Shown piece after piece: positions 7,549 to 13,679 of a DNA stretch of 24,203 nt. This DNA comes from a virus (taxonomy: Duplodnaviria > Caudoviricetes), in the IMG/VR virus record IMGVR_UViG_3300047476_001212, positions 1 through 24,203 of that record. One strand, 5' to 3'. Positions within the stretch are counted from its first letter, which is position 1. The number at the start of each line of letters is the position of its first letter. A model generated the notes under the pieces. The model had not been told where the DNA came from. It did not search any database and saw only the letters and a program-made list of their open reading frames with translations. The translations under genes were made by a program, and so were the position numbers.

Positions 7549-8583
7549 TTAAGCGAAGGCCGCCATGCGCACCGAGTTCTGGTCCCAGCCTTCGAAGATG
7601 CGTGCGGCAATCTTGGGAATGTCATAGCCGGCACGGTGATAAGCGGCAGCGCGCTGAATCGTGCGAGTTCCGACGCACTCCTTAGCCTTGCCCTTTTCGA
7701 GATTCTCGCGAGCCGTGTGGAGCTTGCCGAGGAGTTCAGGAAAGGGGCAAAGCTCGGCTTCAAGCTCGCGGTCATACTCAACCCGGAGCATGGCAAAGCG
7801 GTCAAGGGTTGAAGCGTCGAGACGCTCGGCAGAATTGTAATCAGCAGTAGCGCCACGCCCCGTGGTATTCATGGCGGCAAGGATGACGAACTCCGGATGC
7901 CGGCGCTTGGTTTCGCCAGTGTAGGGGTTGACTGCGATACCGTTAGCCGTCAGGGCATTGATTGCGCACATGGTGTTAGAATCGCCCCGGTCGAACTCGT
8001 CGAGGAGATAGACGCCTGGCTTATCGAGCATAGACCAGAGGGGGGCCGACACGAAGGGGTTTTTAGTGTCCGGCGTCCAGCGACCAAAGAACTCGGCAGG
8101 GCTCATGCCACGCTGTACTGACACGAACGAAAATGGGACCTTGCGAGCCTCGGCAAGCTGTTTTGCAAGCGTTGTCTTACCCGAGCCACGGGGGCCAGTC
8201 AGGGCAAAGTTAAGTTGAAGGCCCGCCTGAGAGTAAATCTCAACCTCGGTAGCGAGCTCGGAAAATGCCTTGTGCGGCCTATCTTTGAGCACCACGGGAG
8301 CCTGCTCATTGATCTTGATACCTACAACCTTGGGCTTCATGGAGCCCATGAGAGAGAGAATCTTGCCCGCAGTAGCTTCAGCAGAATCGAGCACAGCTTG
8401 GGCTCTAGCCTCGAAACCGGACGCTTGAGCGGCAATCTCGGCCTTGACCATGGTACGCACAAGCGCCTCGGCTTCCTTGACGCGCTCAAGCTCAACTTGG
8501 GCGGGGGCCATCACTGCTTCAGGCAGCTCAACATCGATCAGGTCAATCGAGGGCTCGGTGTAGGGGACAACTTTTGGAGTCAT
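7549..8583 (-). CDS. MoxR/CbbQ/CobS-like AAA+ ATPase
   Basis: Walker A GPRGSGKTT, Walker B YLLDEFD, RHPEFVILAAMNT, LDASTLDRF arginine finger; likely start ATG 8583 with AAGGA RBS. Confidence 0.85.
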   Translation of the reverse strand: MTPKVVPYTEPSIDLIDVELPEAVMAPAQVELERVKEAEALVRTMVKAEIAAQASGFEARAQAVLDSAEATAGKILSLMGSMKPKVVGIKINEQAPVVLKDRPHKAFSELATEVEIYSQAGLQLNFALTGPRGSGKTTLAKQLAEARKVPFSFVSVQRGMSPAEFFGRWTPDTKNPFVSAPLWSMLDKPGVYLLDEFDRGDSNTMCAINALTANGIAVNPYTGETKRRHPEFVILAAMNTTGRGATADYNSAERLDASTLDRFAMLRVEYDRELEAELCPFPELLGKLHTARENLEKGKAKECVGTRTIQRAAAYHRAGYDIPKIAARIFEGWDQNSVRMAAFA

Positions 8584-8666
8584 GGGGAGAGTTCCTTCTT
8601 TATTAGTGGTTAGTGCCCGATTCCTTCGAGCGGTCATAGTGGGGGGCCGAAGCCCCCCGCAGTCAA

Positions 8667-8858
8667 TCAGATTTTATTACAGTGAGAGATTACCCAGTAG
8701 TCAATCTCTTGGCAGTCTTCCAACTCCTCTTCGGAGAGTTCGCTTAAGATCCCTCGGATGGCAGCCTTGGCCCAAGGGAGAGGAGAATAAACCGCCAAGG
8801 TGTGGAGGGCGGCGATAGTTCTTTCGGCTTTATTGAGATTTGAGATTTCTGAGTCCAT
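8667..8858 (-). CDS. Small hypothetical protein, first gene of the leftward unit
   Basis: 63 aa with GGAG RBS, downstream of the promoter-like site at 8899-8926. Confidence 0.6.
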   Translation of the reverse strand: MDSEISNLNKAERTIAALHTLAVYSPLPWAKAAIRGILSELSEEELEDCQEIDYWVISHCNKI

Positions 8859-8898
8859 TTGCTTTGCTCCGTCATTGCTTCAATCAACTTACAAACGA

Positions 8899-8926
8899 TT
8901 AATAACACACTTTCTTTCAGCTGCAA
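8899..8926 (-). promoter_or_regulatory. Putative early promoter
   Basis: TTGCAG-N16-TATTAA with extended -10 TG and an upstream A/T tract resembling an UP element. Confidence 0.45.
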
Positions 8927-8957
8927 TGCTTTTTTTTAAAAAAAAGAACTCCCTCTT

Positions 8958-8985
8958 CACTAGTGATCACTAGTGTACACTAGTG
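8958..8985. repeat. Three palindromic CACTAGTG boxes at 10-bp period
   Basis: Copies at 8958, 8968 and 8978, next to the perfect palindrome C-T8-A8-G (8929-8946). Confidence 0.9.
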
Positions 8986-9457
8986 GGATGCTTGTCCTTA
9001 TATATGTAATGGGTTGCGCTTGTGTAAGTGTTTGAAATGTCTATTGGTAGCTTGATTCCATGGCTCATGGGTGAGCCGCAGCGTAGCGATACCGGCTCAA
9101 TCCATGATGCCATCCGAACGAGTATGGGCGTAGTTCAGCCCAACGGAGTGAGGCATTCATCGAAGGATGGGGGGGTTAAAGGGGTTTAGGGCATAAGCGC
9201 AAGCGATGCCCGAGTGTGTAGGGGTATTAGGGGGGGGAAACGAAAGGGCTGTCAAGGAAAATCGTACTTAGCCAGCCAGAATTCTTGTCAAGTCGAATAT
9301 ATGCGAGATGAGGTGAAATAGTCGTTGCATACCGGAAAACGCCTGCGCCGCCCAAAGCGCCCACGAAGCCCCCCAGAGGGGCGAGAAAGTGAGCTTCCCC
9401 ACGCTCCCAAAACCCCCCAAAAAAGATCGTTCGTTCATCATCGTCTCTTTGCCCCAC

Positions 9458-9618
9458 GAGTTCGTTCGATCATGCGAACGATGCCTGGGCGATTAGTTCG
9501 TTGTGTCGTTGTGAGATCGTTGAAACGAACCATGCACAATCGTTTGAGTTCGTTCGATCATGCGTTCGTGTAACAGAACTCTAATCATGTGCAGTGAATT
9601 AAGTTCGTGGCAAAGAAC
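9458..9618. repeat. 19-bp direct repeat and three GTTC-N8-GAAC sites
   Basis: GAGTTCGTTCGATCATGCG at 9458-9476 and 9546-9564; GTTC-N8-GAAC at 9464, 9564 and 9603. Confidence 0.85.
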
Positions 9619-9776
9619 CACGCATGATGTGAGGACGTGGCAGGAGGAAGGACGAGAATTAAAAGGGGGGTGGGTACGGTGGGGGTACCTGATCCGAGTG
9701 GGCCTGTTCCATATAGCACTCCCCCACCTGTGCCAGTCGGTTCTATATGTTACTTTGCAACACGCCCCAACCAGAC

Positions 9777-9806
9777 TAAACTAGGATAAACTGGGATAAA
9801 CTTGCT
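9777..9806 (+). repeat. Imperfect 10-bp tandem repeat (TAAACTnGGA x3)
   Basis: taaactagga taaactggga taaacttgct. Confidence 0.8.
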
Positions 9807-9814
9807 ATAAATGG

Positions 9815-9990
9815 ACGAGGCAGCTCAGATTTGAGCCACCCCTATCAGTGAAGCATACGGGGGTCTGGAACGTCCGTGGTTGCGCTGTAGCCGCAGAGTG
9901 AGCACTTAGCCCATCCCCTGAGCTCCGGATGCGGTATAAGGGTTCCTGAGTGGCAATTAGGGCAAATGTACTGCGCTAATGCCTCTTCGT
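9815..9990 (+). ncRNA. Candidate structured ncRNA (~175 nt, multibranch)
   Basis: Closing stem GAGGCA/TGCCTC encloses seven further helices; G-U wobbles favour the plus strand; extended -10 TGcTATAAA just upstream. Manual fold only. Confidence 0.5.
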
Positions 9991-9996
9991 ATTCCC

Positions 9997-10941
9997 TCAT
10001 AGTGGGATAAATCTTGGACCCCATTGGTCAATTACTCCAAATCCTACCGTCCAGTGGACGGTTTTGGTTGCCGTGTAGCTGAGGGGTCTGGAGTTAGGGT
10101 CACCAAGATATCCTGCGTTTAATTCAAAGATGATCTTACCTGACTCTAATTGTCCGTAATATACCCCGCCTGTATGAGTGTGCCCGCAAATGACGTTCTT
10201 AGTAAAGCGCTTTGCATGGCTCCCAAGCCCTGACAGGTGTCCGTGGGTGAAGTGGTAATTTTCTATAGTTAGCCACTCTCTGGGGTCTGTTACAGTGTGT
10301 ACTGAATCAAACTGATACCAGCGGTTAATTTCTATGAAGATCTCTATTTCTGGAGCAAGCTCCATGACCTTCTTAAGTGGGCGTACATCGTGGTTGCCCA
10401 TGATCTGGTAAAGGGCTGCCTTGGGGAGCATGGCCCTAATCTTGCTCCACATCTCTTCGGCCATCTTCCTTCCAAGCTCTATTTCTGCCTTGGGAGTATA
10501 AAGCATGTGGCTTCTAGGAAACTTGGCCCATGAGTACATGTCATATAAGTCGCCCACCTGTATGACGTGGGATATATCGGGATTTGCCTCAATAAACTGA
10601 TATACCGCCTCCAAGGCCCCCACATTCACCCATGGGAAGTGCGTGTCGCCTAAGATCAGGAACTTGCTCTTTATGCCTAAGGCTGGCTTTTTAATTGCCG
10701 TATCGTGCTGAATGGAGCCGATCGGGGCAATGAAGGCAGCATTCTTGTCTGTTTTTTCAGCGTAGGTCTTAAGCCCGGCAGCCATTAAAAAGGGGGTAAA
10801 CCCCCCGAATAAGCGCCTGTACGCTTTTTCCCCTATCTTTGTATGCTTTCTATATTCGTCTCTGGTGGGGGAGTGTCCTAACTCTGAAGCAATCTCTTTT
10901 AATTCAGCAATTAGCCTATGCTTAAGATCACTTTGCCCCAT
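9997..10941 (-). CDS. Calcineurin-like metallophosphoesterase with N-terminal homing-endonuclease-associated repeat
   Basis: GDTH, GDLYD, GNHD, THGH and GHTH motifs; N-terminal ELKEIASELGHSPTRDEY...YRRLFGGF...AAGL. Confidence 0.85.
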   Translation of the reverse strand: MGQSDLKHRLIAELKEIASELGHSPTRDEYRKHTKIGEKAYRRLFGGFTPFLMAAGLKTYAEKTDKNAAFIAPIGSIQHDTAIKKPALGIKSKFLILGDTHFPWVNVGALEAVYQFIEANPDISHVIQVGDLYDMYSWAKFPRSHMLYTPKAEIELGRKMAEEMWSKIRAMLPKAALYQIMGNHDVRPLKKVMELAPEIEIFIEINRWYQFDSVHTVTDPREWLTIENYHFTHGHLSGLGSHAKRFTKNVICGHTHTGGVYYGQLESGKIIFELNAGYLGDPNSRPLSYTATKTVHWTVGFGVIDQWGPRFIPL

Positions 10942-10947
10942 GACAAA

Positions 10948-10993
10948 ATGGTACAGGGCTTTGACAGTGCGTCAACCAGCCTAGTTTTATAAT
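10948..10993. promoter_or_regulatory. Back-to-back divergent promoters sharing the palindrome TTGAC-N5-GTCAA
   Basis: Minus: TTGACG-N16-TACCAT, with the ATG at 10941 starting 7 nt later (leaderless). Plus: TTGACA at 10961 with TAGTTT or TATAAT at non-optimal spacing. Confidence 0.45.
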
Positions 10994-11157
10994 CGGGTGC
11001 CAGTCGCGACTCTGGCCTGAACCTACTAGTTATGTAGCATTCTCGTCCCTGCTACCTTCAGTTTAAGGCACTGCGAGAAATGTGCCCTGCGTGTCTCCAG
11101 TGGCTTGTCCGAACGGTTTTATTGCACTCGCCACAGCCTGTCCCACGCCGACCCGAT
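10992..11157. ncRNA. Candidate structured ncRNA (~166 nt, five-way junction with loop-loop pairing)
   Basis: Closing stem ATCGGGT/ACCCGAT; arms GCCAG/CTGGC, CTGAA..GTAGCA/TGCTAC.TTCAG, GGCAC/GTGCC and GCGTG..GTGGC/GCCAC..CACGC; loops TTCTCG and CGAGAA are complementary. Strand uncertain. Confidence 0.55.
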
Positions 11158-11161
11158 ATCT

Positions 11162-11305
11162 TTAAAAACTGCTGCTAATTGCTTTCAATACAAAAGCTGA
11201 AAATTTTGTTGCGCCAATGGCAATTAGTTGAATTGTACTGAGCACAAAAATTAAAACCAAAATACCTAACAAAATACCCAATACGCACTTAAGAATGGCT
11301 TTCAC
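11162..11305 (-). CDS. Small membrane protein (47 aa)
   Basis: GTG start; MKAILKCVLGILLGILVLIFVLSTIQLIAIGATKFSAFVLKAISSSF; begins 3 nt after the upstream stop. Confidence 0.55.
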   Translation of the reverse strand: MKAILKCVLGILLGILVLIFVLSTIQLIAIGATKFSAFVLKAISSSF

Positions 11306-11308
11306 CTT

Positions 11309-11560
11309 CTATTTCTCCAGCGCAGCCTTTGCGCGTGACTTCGGAGTCCTGCCACGCTTTCCGTCAGAGAAAGTCGTGCCATTTGCAATGTCAGAAAGCA
11401 CTGCTCGCAACCTAGCGATTTCAAAAAACTGTAGGACGTAAATACGCTCGGCGCCCGGTGGGGTTTTCAGCATATCGTCCAGCGTCTTAACCTCCTGCTC
11501 TAGGCGATCAATCTCAGCCCGTAACTCGGCAGGAGTCATTTTGTCTTTCTTGGAAGCCAT
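11309..11560 (-). CDS. Hypothetical protein (N-terminal coiled coil)
   Basis: 83 aa; TAATG overlap with the CsrA-like gene. Confidence 0.65.
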   Translation of the reverse strand: MASKKDKMTPAELRAEIDRLEQEVKTLDDMLKTPPGAERIYVLQFFEIARLRAVLSDIANGTTFSDGKRGRTPKSRAKAALEK

Positions 11561-11742
11561 TAGTCTTCTCGCTTTTTCTCTAAAGCCTTTGACCTGTAGA
11601 CAGGAATAGACTTGTCGGCAAACACAATCAAAGAAGCGCTATAGCCGGAGGCGGAAATCTCTTCGAGCTTAATCTCGGTGTCTCCGACGTAAATAGATTC
11701 GCCTTCGTTAATTCTGAGCTTCAAGACGCCTTTAGCGGACAT
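11560..11742 (-). CDS. CsrA/RsmA-like carbon storage regulator (RNA-binding), divergent
   Basis: GVLKLRINEGESIYVGDTEIKL...ASLIVFADKSIPVYR aligns with CsrA ML.LTR..GESI.IGD.I.V...V.IGI.APK.V.V.R; start ATG 11742 with GAGGG RBS. Confidence 0.7.
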   Translation of the reverse strand: MSAKGVLKLRINEGESIYVGDTEIKLEEISASGYSASLIVFADKSIPVYRSKALEKKRED

Positions 11743-11862
11743 GGTGTTTCCCTCTATGACCATTTGTTACATTGTAATACATGTATGGTCCAGAGATAAA
11801 AAATTTTCTTGGGCTACCGCCGCCCTTACATATGCAAGGCTCTGAGAAGCAAATCAGGCAAT

Positions 11863-12126
11863 TCATTGTTTCTCGCAAGCCTTGAGGCGTTCCTTAAGGG
11901 CTGCGAAATCATTCCTCATGCGGTCGAACTCAGCCACCAGCATGACGGCGCACTTGCCCTTCTGAATGTCATCCGGGGCGCATACAGACAAAGGAAGGTC
12001 GTCCTTGGCAGTGTTGCCCAAGAGAAGCCCTGCTTCGGGGTCAATTCCGTACCACTTATAGGGGAAGGCAGACGCACATGCCGCCAGAAACAAAATGCCA
12101 AGAATAATAAATAGCGCCTTCTTCAT
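11863..12126 (-). CDS. Lipoprotein, o-spanin (Rz1)-like
   Basis: Signal peptide MKKALFIILGILFLAA-C with lipobox LAAC; further Cys residues; follows holin-like and i-spanin-like genes. Confidence 0.6.
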   Translation of the reverse strand: MKKALFIILGILFLAACASAFPYKWYGIDPEAGLLLGNTAKDDLPLSVCAPDDIQKGKCAVMLVAEFDRMRNDFAALKERLKACEKQ

Positions 12127-12293
12127 TTGCCCGGCCTCCCCGTTTCCTTGAACTTGTCGATCTCCTCGCGAAGATCCTCGACACTCTTGTCTACATTCTC
12201 TTGCGGAGTCTTCTTGAAGAACTTGATGATGTTATCAAGTGCAGGAAGCGCGTCCAGTAAACCCTTTAGAATGCCGAGGATCGTCGCAAGCAT
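12123..12293 (-). CDS. Small membrane-anchored coiled-coil protein, i-spanin-like (56 aa)
   Basis: Manual translation MLATILGILKGLLDALPALDNIIKFFKKTPQENVDKSVEDLREEIDKFKETGRPGK; ATGA overlap with the lipoprotein gene. Confidence 0.5.
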   Translation of the reverse strand: MLATILGILKGLLDALPALDNIIKFFKKTPQENVDKSVEDLREEIDKFKETGRPGK

Positions 12294-12295
12294 AA

Positions 12296-12484
12296 TTACT
12301 CCGAAATAGAGATCTTGTCCTTCGTCACAACGCGAAGAACGACGTTCACAATTGCGAACAGGCTCGAAACCTCAACCGGATGAGCCGCAATCCATTCTGC
12401 TGCCGGAGGATAAAACAGCGCGGTGGCTGCTGCGATAAAGTTAATAATGATCGTCTTTGACTGCCATGGCTTCTTCATAATCAC
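12296..12484 (-). CDS. Holin-like two-TM membrane protein
   Basis: KKPWQSKTIIINF...(TM)...(TM)VNVVLRVVTK pattern typical of small phage holins. Confidence 0.6.
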   Translation of the reverse strand: MIMKKPWQSKTIIINFIAAATALFYPPAAEWIAAHPVEVSSLFAIVNVVLRVVTKDKISISE

Positions 12485-12807
12485 CCCTTGATAAAACTAT
12501 TAATGAAATCCACTGATTCGTCTACACCTTTTGACCTACGATACTCTGGTAACTTATCAATGAGAGTTTTAAAATACCTCGCTCGTGCGCGGCGAAGTTG
12601 CAGGTCGGCATCCCTGCCTTTGTCGCTCTTTATGAACTCATCGCAAGCCCTATGGAGAAGCTCGGTTTCTTTCGTGAAGAGCCCGTCAAAGTTATCTTCG
12701 ACCCACTCGTAAAACTCGCCGTGCTTTTCCTGAGCAAGCTCGCGCTCGAATTCTTCAACAATCTGATAAGTATTAAGGCCCGTATAGTATTCCATCATCT
12801 TTGACAT
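12481..12807 (-). CDS. Hypothetical protein
   Basis: 108 aa, overlapping both neighbours. Confidence 0.65.
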   Translation of the reverse strand: MSKMMEYYTGLNTYQIVEEFERELAQEKHGEFYEWVEDNFDGLFTKETELLHRACDEFIKSDKGRDADLQLRRARARYFKTLIDKLPEYRRSKGVDESVDFINSFIKG

Positions 12808-13679
12808 ATTAGCTCACCTTCTCTGTAAGAAACTCCGTTCAAGGACTCAAAAACAAGCCTGCTTCCTACTGCAAGACCGCGCCTTCTCATCTTGGCAATC
12901 TTAAGCTCTCTATCGCCCTTCTCTGCCTTGCCGGCCTCGATGAGGTCATCTCCGGGCCTGTTCCAGAGCAGTACGTTTTGCGCCTCCTGCACGGCTCCTG
13001 AGGAGCCCTTCACGTCAAACTCCGACTCCACTCGCGCTCCATCCGTCTTTCTTGGATGCATCACCATGATGATATGAACGTCTGCCGTCTTACAGAAAAT
13101 AATTAACTCATGGATCACGCGGTCCATCTCGATGATCTGGTCGGCTGACTTCGTGACTTCGAGAAAGAAGTTAAGATTGTCAATAAACGCAACCTTAATG
13201 CCCTTCTCTTGGATCATGAACTTAATGTCTGAAATAAGCTGCTCAACGCTGAACCTATTTTCGTATAGCGAAAGATACATAGGCGCATTCTTAAGCCTTT
13301 GAATCTCCTGCTCTCCAAACATGGACTTCACTTTCTCGATGGCTACTGGGTCTCCCGTATTCCAGTCCTCGCCCACGCGAGCCGAGATGATTCGCCTCAC
13401 AAAGTCATGGCGACCCGTTTCGACAGAGGCAACGAAGTGCGGGATATTTTCCGTAATCAGGGCGTTTGACCAGTTTGCAAGCAGGGTCGTTTTCCCTGAG
13501 CCAGTAGCTCCGCAAAGGATCGTGAACTCCTTTGGCCTAAATCCCCCCGTCAGGTAGCTGAACTTTTTAAAGTCGTTCATCTTCACGCTGGGCGGCGGCT
13601 GGAGGATGTCCGTGAAGGTTTGCCCAAGGGCGTCTCCAGTTGACTCAAACTCAGTTGGCAGGACTCTTTTACTTTTCAT
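12795..13679 (-). CDS. SF4 (DnaB/T7 gp4-like) replicative helicase, helicase domain only
   Basis: GGFRPKEFTILCGATGSGKTT, SVE, FIDNL, MHPRK, KGS..VQEAQNVL, KIAKMRR.G. Confidence 0.85.
   Translation of the reverse strand: MKSKRVLPTEFESTGDALGQTFTDILQPPPSVKMNDFKKFSYLTGGFRPKEFTILCGATGSGKTTLLANWSNALITENIPHFVASVETGRHDFVRRIISARVGEDWNTGDPVAIEKVKSMFGEQEIQRLKNAPMYLSLYENRFSVEQLISDIKFMIQEKGIKVAFIDNLNFFLEVTKSADQIIEMDRVIHELIIFCKTADVHIIMVMHPRKTDGARVESEFDVKGSSGAVQEAQNVLLWNRPGDDLIEAGKAEKGDRELKIAKMRRRGLAVGSRLVFESLNGVSYREGELICQR

Noticed and set aside
1713-8613. Long plus-strand ORFs (1713..2165, 2523..3035, 5524..5850, 8215..8613)
   Set aside because: Antisense shadows of well-supported minus-strand genes, with no motifs of their own.
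9250-9292. Two minus-strand TTGACA hexamers as promoters
   Set aside because: The best -10 candidates lie at 19-20 nt spacing; not supportable without TSS data.
9425-9630. Repeats as a mini CRISPR array
   Set aside because: Only two 19-bp copies 88 bp apart, with the intervening DNA built from the same GTTCG motif; no repeat-spacer regularity.
9227-9784. ORFs 9227..9457, 9325..9573 and 9560..9784
   Set aside because: No convincing RBS, repeat-derived low-complexity translations, and location within the control region.
10992-11157. Lysine/cobalamin riboswitch, HDV-like ribozyme or retron msr-msd
   Set aside because: Conserved core nucleotides of these families are not recognisable, and no reverse transcriptase is present in the window.
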